NCBI GenBank assembly: GCA_001949185.1
Contig: BDGG01000001.1
Coordinates: forward strand, 4,949,624 to 5,013,623
Direction of reading: 5' to 3'
DNA from: Ramazzottius varieornatus
Taxonomy: Eukaryota; Animalia; Tardigrada
DNA length: 64,000 nucleotides
Shown: positions 24,842 to 36,089 of the stretch, one piece after another
How positions within the stretch are numbered: the first letter of the stretch is position 1
Layout: each line of letters begins with the position of its first letter
The notes under the pieces: model-generated
The model's input: the letters and a program-made list of their open reading frames with translations, nothing else
Told to the model about the DNA's origin: nothing
The model's database searches: none
Made by a program: the position numbers and the translations under genes

Positions 24842-25200
24842 CGATGGTTTCTTGGGGGCTTGTCTGAAACAAGCCATTAACAAGTCCAATATTTTTAATT
24901 ATGCCTGTGATACTTGAACGTAATCTTGCAAGTCCGATTTTTATTGCAGTTAATGATACTATTGTAATAATACGTATTATCTATCTGTTTCGTGTAGTAA
25001 CTGTGGAATGCCGAACGTAATAAAGTATTTGCTTTTTCTTATCAAAACGATTGGTAATATCGAGAACTGAAAAGTGCGAAGAACCAGGACCCTACCGGGT
25101 CTTTGAAACGCGGCTTACGGTGACGTCATCGGAGAAAACTCAGCCGGCTCAGTTATGAGAAAGAAAACCGCGACCACACTGTAACGGGGAGCGTTTTGCC

Positions 25201-26219
25201 TCATCCATTCATAACGTGCCGTACAAAAGCTGAAAAAACCAGAACGAAATTTACGTACTATAGAGTATTACCGAATGAAGCGATTGTGTACCTTCGTAGT
25301 TTATCATGCCTTGCCCGTCTTCCATTCCACCAACGACCTGTTCGAACTCATCATCGGATAATCGCTCTCCTGTCAAACAGACATCGGATTTCCTCATTTC
25401 CATGTTTGCATGGTCCGTTTTTCATTGCTACTCATATCAGTTTATAGAGGCTTATAAAACGCTGATTTGTAATTTTATTACTAACCTAGTGTGGTAAGCA
25501 TGTGGCGAAGCTCGGCAGAATTGATATTGCCACTCTGGTCTTTGTCAAAGTGCCGAAAGCCTTCGATGAACTCTTCAGGTCGATAGGTACTTCGCACTTT
25601 GGCCACTTCATGCAGGATCGGCACGAACGTCTCCACGCTGATCCGCTCATCTACAAAAGACAGTAGACTTCGTGTGAAAAATTGTCAGAAAAAACTCCAC
25701 ATATGTAGGCCCGTAGTAGAAGTCAGGCAGAATCCTGGTGGTCGCCCTTTACTTGGGCCTCAGTCTTTATACAAGATAGCGGTACTGTACACGCACGATC
25801 GTTTATCAATTACGGGACAGTAAAAATCATGGGACAGGCGGAAATGACGGCAAAATGGAAATTCAAACGTAGAAAAGTGTCGAAAAGTACATTAGCGTGA
25901 TTCGGTCGCGTCCGTACGTGCTTCCGTACCGCCATACCGAAAAGGCCTGTCCCAAAATTGTTACTGTCCCATATCTACCCATCGTGCGTGTACGTCTTCC
26001 AGAATACCAGACGAAAGAGAGTACGAGTATGCCAGTATCTGATGACAAGACAGTCTTACCGTGTTTCTTTGCAAAACCGAACTTGTTTACATCCGCCTCG
26101 GTCGGATTCTGTCCAAGTGCTCTCAGAACGTCACCCAGCTGCGCAGCTGCAATCTTTCCGTCCCCCTTCGTATCGAACAAGATAAACGCTTCATGAATTT
26201 CCGACTGTGAAACGTCCAT
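25201..26219 (-). CDS. Mlc-c: Myosin essential (alkali) light chain, non-muscle type; 4 exons
   Basis: [14 protein letters not shown]...[16 protein letters not shown]; [11 protein letters not shown]...[27 protein letters not shown]; [11 protein letters not shown]...GMINYE; AFVRHVMNG*. Confidence 0.93.
25790..25990. mobile_element. MITE family A, copy 1 (TA-flanked), in myosin light chain intron 1
   Basis: TA|cacgcacgat...atcgtgcgtg|TA perfect ends; internal gggacag/ctgtccc inverted motifs; aligns along its length with the reverse complement of 47601-47779. Confidence 0.8.
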
Positions 26220-27191
26220 CGCGAGTTTCCTTGTCCGGAAATCCCTATCGCTCGAATCGAAAACTCTTGATACCCACGATCCACTGGCACAGGGAGCAAT
26301 CAACCGGATCAAGTCAATTCACCGAAGAGAGTCTTCGATTCAGAACCGGTGGGAAATTTCGAAATTTTAACGATCGCGATCGACGCAGGAACGGTAGACA
26401 AAACACGGATATCGTTCTCTATGGTACGATAAGATTGTTCAGCTGATGTGTCGGACGATGAACATCGCTCTATAAGAGTATAACCGTAAGCTGTGATTGT
26501 TCATGACAATTTGCAGCTTTCCGGCCATTTGACAGTCGACTTTACGCCCGATGACGGTGCTTAATATTTTCTGCATTGTAAGAAAAAACAATGATGGCCT
26601 GAATATCAAACATCAACACAGAGATGCGCCATTGCATTTTCGTACGATGGTTGTGACTTGTGCAAGAAACGCCTGCAACTCTGACCTACAACATTGTCAA
26701 CACGCTGACAACGCCCACCCAACGAAAAGGTGGGAAAAAGCAAGCCTTGACTGTCGTAAAGTGATCGTTCTTCATCACACGGAATTTAGATTCTACAGAA
26801 TCAATTCTTTCGCGACATACGGTGATTGATCAAGATCAAACGGGACGCCGGCGAATGACTCCAACCAAATCTTTATCGCAAGCGGCGCGAACTTTCATTG
26901 TTGTCCGTAGAGTACGTGCGCAACTTGCGAGAACGCTCTACGTGAATGACGTTTACCGACGTCCCAAATGTCAACCAAAATGCCAATGAGATGATAAGAA
27001 AGCAGAAAGTTTAGAAACAGAATGCAGAAAGCGGAACAAAACATTTCTTCTGTTTTACTATAATTTTTGGACTAGGATCAAACAAAAACAGTCATCCGAG
27101 AAATCAATCTACCGGGAAAACTCGCTGCTGAACGATGCAAGAAATATTTAGGAAAAGAAAGGTCTAAAGAAAAGATGACAAAGTTCGATAT

Positions 27192-29307
27192 CTACCGTTG
27201 CTGGACGAGCGTTTGAAAGTTAGGAGGAGGGAGCGTCTTCGTGCGTGCCCGTTGAGCAGCCATTTCCGCCATGTACCTTTCACCATCCGTCCTGCGTTCG
27301 GCCTTCTTCCTCATGATGAAGTCGAAAAGATGGCATACGTTCTGTAGCAAGAGACTGTTGGAAGGCTCCCTCCTTTGCGCATAATGTCCTACGCAAGATG
27401 AAAAGCCACACATTAAGTCTTTGTTCGTCAACATAAGACAGAGGAAGAGCACTTAATGTGGCAATCTGGAATCTGCCTTACCGCCTTTTCTGAAGACTAT
27501 GCCTCTCAGATATTTGTCGTCCTCTAATGTAACCATCTTCCCACGCTGGTAGATTTGTCCGCCTTCGTCGTAGATAGTCAAGTCGTCTTTGGGAATGCCA
27601 ACCATTTCAGCGTACTCTTGCGAGATGTGAGCGTCCATGAATTTGTCGTCTTGGCTGTAACTCAGCAGGAGCGGAATCCGGTGGAAGGGCAGCTCTTTGG
27701 AAACCTTTTGATACTGAAATAGAACACCCGAAATAAGGTAAAAATTCAAACGCAACCGAGGCCTTCTTGAAGGACTTACCGAATCGAAAGGAACACCCGT
27801 GGTTACGAGTCCCATAATGTAGGGAGTATCGATGCCGGAAATGTGTCTCCAGCCTGTCATCTTCATGATGACTAAAGAGACCGGGTTCAGAATCTTCCGG
27901 ACAATGGGTACCTTCATGGCCCCGACTACTGTTTTCAGCACCCAGTACGGCTTCAACGCCCTGTCGAAAAACTTCCGTCATCTGACCGTTATTAAGCAAA
28001 CAAGCTCGTTAATGAAGCCTTCCCCCAAGTAACGCACGCATTCTGCCCATATCACCGACATTGTGCGCCACTTGGGAAAACAGTCTTGTCGAGTTTGCTT
28101 AGCGAGCTCCAGTCGTAGAAGTTGTTGGGGCTTACTTGTATACGCGATGTCCGGCAATCTGCAGCATGGCCAGTCCACCGATAGGAAACCTAGTGGATAC
28201 CGCGAGAGGAACCGCTGTGTAGCAACCACAGCTGAAAGAGACCACCAGATCAACGTGTCGAACACCCAAAGCTGAAAGGAAGTCTAACGTAAAGTAGTTG
28301 TTCTCGATGGTCGTATGCTTGTAGACGTAATCCTCATCCATCGGAGTTTCCCCCACACCTAAAAACGAAGAGCACAACGATAAGAATGACGAGAATACAT
28401 TGCCGTGTGAATTTGCAAGCTCAACAAACAACCTCGACAAGATCGTTCCCAACTGGCGCACCTTTCCGCTATTATTGACTGAAGTGTGCGCCACTTGGTT
28501 AACCGTTTTTTCCGATTTTGTCTCGCGTTGTTTGTTTCGATTAACAAACCAGCTGAGAAAGTCAGAAACGTCTGAACGTGTAAAAACGCAATACGGAATG
28601 TACCTGGGAAGTTTGGACAGAGGACACGAGCGCCTCTGGCAGCCAAGACTCGGATGACATCGGCCATATCTTTGTGACTTCCGGCGGCGCCATGAAGGCA
28701 TAACACCGTCGGGAAAAGTCCTGCATAATTCGAGGTGCCGTAGTTATCCGGAAAGCCGGTATCAATATACCCTACGTCCACTTCGATACCGTCAACAGGT
28801 TTGCGGAGCTCGCCTGTCTGGATCTGCGCTTGGTACACCTCCTTACAAGTCTTGAACTTCACTCGTTTCACCGGAAACGGGAAATCGTCTGCAGCCGTCG
28901 AGCTTTTAGATTTGCTCGTGCTTGCTGACACATTTTTGTCAAGCAGAGTTGCTGCAGACGAAGACTGGTATCGAATGTTGAGAAGTCCGGCTGGCTGAGT
29001 GAGAAGGCCAGCATAATGAAGAGAAGATAGGTTGCCCGCTAGAAATACGATAATTATAACGTTCAGACACTCATCCGTACAAAGGACGCAAGAAACCACG
29101 TGACAACTAGTAAAGACACAGCAATCAGGTGATTAGACATTCCACAAATGTACCATATGGGAATACGATTCAAGTCGAAAACGAGCTCGTTTACTCACAT
29201 GTTCTTGCCGAAGATAATAGGCAGAATCCTCGTGGGAGAACAGACGAAGAAGGCTGCAAGCTGGAGGTGATGGTGCGCAAAAGCAGACGGGATGAGCTGC
29301 GACTCAT
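27192..29307 (-). CDS. Alpha/beta-hydrolase fold protein (DUF1057-like) with probable mitochondrial transit peptide; multi-exon
   Basis: First exon MSRSSSRLLLRTITSS...; VLCLHGAAGSHKDM...RVLCPNFPG; nucleophile elbow VVSFSCG; YSQDDKFM (acid) and FRKGG|H (His) segments. Confidence 0.75.
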
Positions 29308-30215
29308 GCTGTAGGGATAACGCGCCGGTCGTCGCTACAGTACTAATGGCTGGTTCGAAAGAAGAGCGAAGGCGCGACGGTTTGCAAAAGCTAGCGTCAA
29401 CGTCCGCACACCACACAGAAGAGGCAGATTCTTAGATCCTTACGCGATGCTGGATCTTAGTTGAGATTAACGTCCAGAAAGCACCCAAAGCAGCCGACCA
29501 GATGAAAGTCAAGATTTATGACTGATGCAGAGTGACTGGTAAAACCATAAATCCCTTTTTGTATCTACGGCAAATCGGGAGCAAAGCGTGTTTCGGTAAC
29601 CCCTCAAACCCTCCTGTTGGTTCAGTTCGTTCCACTGATTGTTGATCAGCCGAAAAGCCATTGGAAAATCAACAATCATCCGAAAGTACTGAAGGACAAG
29701 GGGGGTTGGAGGGGTTTGAAGTCCCAGCTCAGTCCGGTTGATTCTGTTGAATCACTCAGAATCAGCGACTCTGGCCAACAGATGGAGCCATCAACCATCA
29801 TATCGAGCCATGGATAGATTTATGTCGTCGTCAGAAATTTGCCGGGGGTTGTGCGTATGACTTATTCGCTCCTGGTGTACCAGCAGGGGCTGTCCGGGAA
29901 GCTAATTTGGTACGGAATTTGACCGATATCGATATTTTTTTGTCACATCCGTACCAGACGGTGAGAGACATCTTCGTGAGCGGAAATTAAGGAAGTGACA
30001 TGTGGATGTTACATCATACAAAGCCTCTTGATAAACCCGCCAGCATGTCGATTGTGACAAGGTTCCTATTGTACGTCCGTCCATGGTTCTCCACAGTATC
30101 AAGAATTTGGTTATCAGTCACGATGAACGAATACGAAAAAGCTAAGTAGGCTACTTAAGCATGGTTACGACAACTCTGAAGGCACCAGTCGTCCTCCCTC
30201 ACTCCCTTACTAAAG

Positions 30216-31677
30216 ATGGCCATCCACGGAATCGCCTGCTTCGTTGCGGTCGCATGCGTCCTGGCAGCAGTGAGCGCTCAGCAATGCGGGCAACCGGCAA
30301 TTCAGCCCGACATATCACTCGGAGGAGCCAGCAACAGGATCATCGGTGGAAAGGACGTAAGAAAACATGCTCTAACTTACTGGAATGTATTTTCGAAAAT
30401 GTTTGGTGAGAAATATGAAAATGCTTCGTATTTTGTAGGCAGTACCCCACAGCTGGCCATGGTACGTACAAGTGTACAGTCAATCGTTGAAAGTCAAATC
30501 TTAGATATTCTCTCTTGATTTTTCCTATGTATTTTAGGCAGGTGATGTACATGCACCAGCGCAAAGGGCAGAGCAGTGAGTGATTCGACACTATCAACAT
30601 TCTGAAGAGTTGATGTAAGAATAGTATTTTCCAGGTCATTACTTTCATTGTGGAGGCTCAGTGGTGGGTGTATCGAGTAGATCATCGTTCTTACTGAAAC
30701 TTCTTCACGGGTTACATGGCTTGCGATGTTCAGATCGACAGATGGTGGGTTCTGACCGCCGCCCATTGCTGCGACCTCCCTGCTTCCATGAACGTGACCG
30801 GGACTTCCGTCGTTATGGGTCAGCACAACGCAAGCAGTGCTACAAACGAACCCTTTAAAGTGCGACACTTCATCCAGAAGACCATTATCCACGAAGGGTA
30901 CAACAAGCCAACGCCCATCAACAACGATATTTGTCTGCTGAAAATGGAAAAGGTAGCCAGTTAGGCGTACCGTTATTCGTGTACCCCAAACCTTGGGAGA
31001 ATCTAAAATATCCTTCACAAATGATCTTCTTCAGCCCATCCAATTCAGTGATCATGTATCGCCCGTTTGCCTACCGGAGACTAGCCAGGAACTACCTGTA
31101 GGAACCGAATGCTGGATTACAGGTACTGTGAAAAACGTCTCACTTCCGTTTCAGCGATGCCTTCATTTACGGAACTTTCATCCGGGTCTAGGATGGGGTA
31201 ACATCCAGCCGAACTCGAGCGTAGCCGGCACATATCCGGCGACCTTGAAACAAGTCGACGTGAAAGTCGTCAAGCGATCGACTTGCAACGTTGCATTCTT
31301 TGGTATCGTCACCGATAAGATGGTTTGCGTACAGAACCCCGGAAAAGGAGCGTAAGTACCAATTTTCGTCTAACCAAGAAGATTTCCAAGGGCCTTGATA
31401 CCCTTCTCGATAACACAAAAATTACGTCACTTCCGGCTAATACTTAAACGAAGACTTAGACCTACATCGGACGAATACTAAACCCGCCTTTGGTTTTAGT
31501 TGTGACGGGGATTCTGGTGGTCCTTTGGTCTGCAAGCAAAACGGCAAATGGATCCTTCACGGAGACACTTCATTTGGTAGCGCCAGACAATGTGGTGGTC
31601 GCCAACCATCGGTCTACTGCTCCGTTCCTGCTGAACTATCCTGGATACGGGAAAAGATGAGCGAGTACTCCGAATAA
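30216..31677 (+). CDS. Secreted S1A serine protease zymogen (chymotrypsin/elastase-like pocket); about 8 short exons
   Basis: Signal peptide, QQCGQP propeptide, R|IIGG, PHSWPWQ, HCGGS, LTAAHC, NDICLL, GDSGGPL; complete catalytic triad; stop at 31675-31677. Confidence 0.93.
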
Positions 31678-31749
31678 GAATTACAATTTCACTGCTAATT
31701 GTATTTAGCTTGATATTATCATACAAAATCAGATCGTATCTACTATATA

Positions 31750-32982
31750 CAGTGCGTTCACGCAAAATGGTGCCAACTCCAAACTCGACTGTAAAAAAAA
31801 TCCCTGTACTCGCTTCCCTTCCATCTCAGGTGATTTCACACTCCATTTTCAATCCCGCGTTTCATAAAGAAACACTTTCTGAGTTAACTTTCGAGATGGC
31901 TCCAGAAACTAGCTCTGAAACGAAGGCTATGGTAGTGGCTTGGGGTTCGGAACGTTTATCCCATCAGAAAATTTCAGATCGACTTTTGGAGCACGGGATT
32001 TTGCTGCATAGGAAGACGGTCAGCAAGATACTCAAAGAAGAAGAAATGAAGCGAAACGGATGGACGAAGCCTCCAAAGCGACTGCCGGCGCAATGTCTTC
32101 CGTCGGTGCGCACCAAAGCCAACATCCGGAAAGTGAAGAAGGCCGTCCTTGAGAAGATCCCAGACTCTCAGCGGAAACTAGCCCGTAAACTAGGATGTTC
32201 GGTGGGTAGTGTAAGCAAGATTGTCCATGAGAATCTAGGTGTGAAGGTGCGCAAGAAGACAAAGGTTCACCACCTGACCGACGTGCAGAAAAAGCAAAGG
32301 TACGAGCGCGGAAAGCTCTTTATCCAGTACCTGGGGCCTCAAAAGATTAAGAAAATCCTTACCATGGACGAAACGTGGATCACTCTAGACGATTGCAATA
32401 GCGAAAAGGAGTATTACTACACCGACAATTTTCTGGAAATCCCCAAAGAGTGGCGCAAAAAACCCACGAAACACTGGCCGAAAGCGTACGTAGTTGACGG
32501 TAAGGCTAAAGTGACAGCCAAGTATTTCGTCGACAAGATTCTGTCGAGAATGGTTAAAGATCTACCTTGTTGTACGGTAGATCTGCGAAAGAAGTCACCG
32601 TCCATTTTGACAGCGCCAAGTCCCATGCCGCCAAGTACACCCAGAACTGGATGGAAGTGAACCATCGGAGGTTTGGTACCACTGGATGGCCAATTCACCG
32701 GACCTAGCACCGCTGGACTACGCGATCAATGGAATTTTGAAGAAATATTTGGCTGATCGCAAGGCTACCACCATTCCTGGATTGAGCAAGGTTATCCAAG
32801 ATGTGTGCACCAACTTCGACCTCCGGATCATCCGCAAGTCACTTTCTTCCTGGCAAGGCCGTGTTCAAAAGATGCTCGACAGAAAGGGGGATCATGTAGA
32901 AATAGATTGAGAATTCAGGTTTCGTTCTGTGATGTAAGAGAATTTTTCGAAAAAGCTGGCACCATTTTGCGTGAAGGCACTG
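31750..32982 (+). mobile_element. Degenerate Tc1/mariner-superfamily transposon (DDxD, maT/mariner-like)
   Basis: TA-flanked ~28-bp TIRs cagtgc(g/c)ttcacgcaaaatggtgcca. Transposase from ~31896 with TMDETW, HFDSAKSH and NSPDLAPLDY motifs split by frameshifts and an internal deletion. Confidence 0.92.
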
Positions 32983-33695
32983 TATATGCAATCTCCAAAT
33001 GAATGCTTAGAATCCCCGAGGAATGCTGAGCAAGAGGTGAAAATGGATTCACGTTGGTTCAGCAGTTCTCAGGGATTGAGCATCTATTCTTGCAGGATTT
33101 TTCGTTTCAGCATTTGAAGAGGTTTGTTTAGTGATTGCTATCAGTCACGTGAAATATGTGACGTCATCACGGAATATTTGTTCGCCTGGCGGCACAGGGT
33201 TCACCACTAAAGCACCCAATCAGCATTCAGCCTTGCATTCTCAGTCACGCCCCACCGCAATGACGTATCAATGTACCACGACGTATCGGCTTACGTCAGG
33301 TATCCGTCAGTTGGCCTTCGTTTGATTGTCTTTTGCTATTATCGGGTTGGTTGGTTAAGCCGCACGCTTACGTTTGATTGATACTCCTGTTTGTAGCCTT
33401 CATTAGGTGAACTACCTTCGCTTTAAACTGCTTCCTTTTTCTCCCTCAGATTATCTGTGCGAAGATGACACCCAAAAGATTCACCGTTGTCGATGATCCG
33501 AAACCAGTTACTGTGAGGAAGAGGCTGAAGAGAGCGGCCGAGAAAGGACCACGAGAGGTTGGGAGCGTCGACGCCAGCGTGTCACGCGTGATCTGGAAGT
33601 TATTCCTCTGGAAGAGTCAGTTGACGAGGTGGTCATCCCAGCTGATCAACCTGCACAGGACCCAACTCATCGAAACGATGTTGAAGGTGGGAAAC

Positions 33696-33836
33696 GGAGA
33701 GAAGGCTTAGGTGAAAGACAGTGGCCAGCAGATGGAAAGTAATGCACACACCTACCAGCCAGGCACTTCCGGTCAGGCCAACTCGACCCACTTCCCATCT
33801 GCTGGCCATTGTCTTTCACCAAGGTCTTTCTCTTCC
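33696..33836. repeat. Imperfect inverted repeat (~45-bp arms, ~50-bp spacer)
   Basis: ggtgaaagacagtggccagcagatggaaagt pairs with acttcccatctgctggccattgtctttcacc. Confidence 0.85.
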
Positions 33837-34261
33837 TGATAGACAATGAAAGCCTTACAATCTCTCACCTTGCTGTTCGCTTTCCAGTTTTCCTGGCAGA
33901 CGAGTTCCTCATGGACCGGGGAGCTATTCCCAAGAAAGACTTCGTCAACTACGTCAATACGGCCATGACGAACCTCATGACCGGCCAGCAGCGGTATGGT
34001 TACCCAGAACTGCCCGAAGAGCGGAGGGATCTTCTGGTCAAGCACCTGGAGAACTGTTTCGAGGCAGAAGCCACGGCGTTGGACGAATATGATGTCCCAC
34101 CCCTGGATGGCGAAGAGTGCGAAAACCACGAACTCCGACTACCAGCAAAGAAAACCAAGAAGTTCCTCATCAAGGCAGAAGCAGGCAGGAGCGGCAGTCG
34201 AGCAAAGGTCATAGCATTCGTCCGGACGTACTCTAAGAAAGCCGCGTGGAAAGATAAGTAA
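33743..34261 (+). CDS. Protein-like ORF fragment of unknown family, possibly transposon-derived (weak BEN-domain-like pattern)
   Basis: Stop-free frame of ~170 codons with helical, protein-like composition. No proper start; 5' part disturbed by the inverted repeat. Confidence 0.35.
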   Translation, partial: CTHLPARHFRSGQLDPLPICWPLSFTKVFLFLIDNESLTISHLAVRFPVFLADEFLMDRGAIPKKDFVNYVNTAMTNLMTGQQRYGYPELPEERRDLLVKHLENCFEAEATALDEYDVPPLDGEECENHELRLPAKKTKKFLIKAEAGRSGSRAKVIAFVRTYSKKAAWKDK

Positions 34262-36089
34262 TGGTATCTAAAGATAACTATGGGAAATCCTGAACCGGAA
34301 ACGAGTACAGACTGAATCAAAGAACCAAGCCGGAATTCAGCCAAATTTGTTTTTATTTCGTTTCAACTGTCTTACCTCTCTTGAACCTATTGTCACTCGA
34401 GCTCTTGATTCAAGATTCCTCGCTATTTTTGCATTTTCCTCAGTTTAAATAATTTGAACCGTCTTTGCGGTCTCGGTGGCCGACTACCAGTTGTTTTTAT
34501 TGTAATCTTATTGCTCCTTTTCTGGAGCTTTTGTTGTTGGTAATTGTTATCTCCTTAATTTTGTCTCGCCTTTTCTAGCCCTGTGCTGTTGGCATTTTGT
34601 AGCCTTAGTTTTTCAGATCGTCCTGCACTCTGTCCGAAGTATTTCCCAGATTTTCATAAATTATTACTGTTGACAGGCTTGTGGCTACCAAATCAAATTT
34701 CCGCCGCTTAAAACCACGAACAGGACTGTGAAGGCAATGCTAAATGCGTGAATGCTGTAAAAATCAACCATAAGCGAGAATCAAACGATAAACTCACTCG
34801 GATAACATTCTGACCGTTCTGCAAATCCTACTTCCGGCAATGCTCAGATAGCATTGCGTGTCCGAATCAACAACGAATCACATTGGCAATGCTGAACAAA
34901 TCTTTTGTCCTTCAGCATTCAGCTTCGGGGTTCCTTCCGGGGTTCAGCTGACCGTCAAGTCAGAGCGATACTGCAATCCTGCCCGACCCCATCTCGCAAC
35001 CCAACACTTTTCTTCTGGATATCTACTGCATTTGCCTGCGTGTTTACAAACCCGAATGGATGATTGAGCGTCTTTGACAAGCGAAACTGGCCTTCGCGAT
35101 ATCTGTCAACAGAAGGCCCGCCAAGTGGTCCAGGATACCTGGCGATCGCGTCGTAATGGAAGGTGCGGTGTTCATAATCCGGACCGTGAGCATTTATCCG
35201 CTTTCGCAACCGCGATCGAACCGGCGATCATGCTGTAGACTCTGGAGCTAGTCGGCGTAAAGGTCGTCAAGCGATCAGCCTAGCTGCAGCACCGCCTTTT
35301 CGGTTTCGTCCATCGATAAGATTGCCTGTGTACTGTGTACAGAGCCCACCGAAAAGAGAGCGTATGTTCCTCTTTTTCTTCAAGCCAAGATAGCATTCAT
35401 GAAGTACACGAACTTGGCTAACATCACGGCGTTTACAGCTGTCCCTTTTGTGTGTGGCTGCTACAAAGATTCCGACGTTTATTCCTCGTGCAAATTGGAA
35501 AGGCTAGTAGTTTCTTCATGTAGATCCCTCACTCGCTGCGTCAAGGAATGTGGCAGTAGTTGCCAACCATCGGTCTACTGCTCTACTCCCGCGCTGTACC
35601 ACCGGGGATTCAGAGGAAACTGATCAATTACCACGAATAAAGATTCAAAACTGGAGCTTATTACTGTTCTGGCTATTGCTGTTCATCTAAGCTTTCTGAC
35701 TGAATTTAGAAACTGATTGAGCCAAAGATTGGGCGTTCTTGGCAAATGATGCAGCCTTCGAGATACTGGTACCTCGTACCGGTGGTTGTTCAGCAAAAGA
35801 CGTCGATCAGCGGACGAGGATCACCCGGTAAAGCAGAAGTATTTCGCTATTTTTGTATCTGGCTGGGCTGATAGACGCTTTCAGATCGAAGAAGATTACG
35901 GGCATCAAACGCCGCCTGTAGTTACAATGGTGAAACAATAGGCTACTGCCATGTTCAGACATTTTACGGTGTTTGATTGTACTCTTGCGCTTTCTTTCTC
36001 GGATCAGGCAGTCGAATGGACACCTTTCATACCCTTTACTGCTGCAGTGCAGACTAAAAAATACGTCCCGTAAATCCCAACGAAGAAAC

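Noticed and set aside
34955-35640. Stop-riddled protein-like fragments on the minus strand
   Set aside because: Possibly a decayed transposase, but no catalytic motif or termini were identified.
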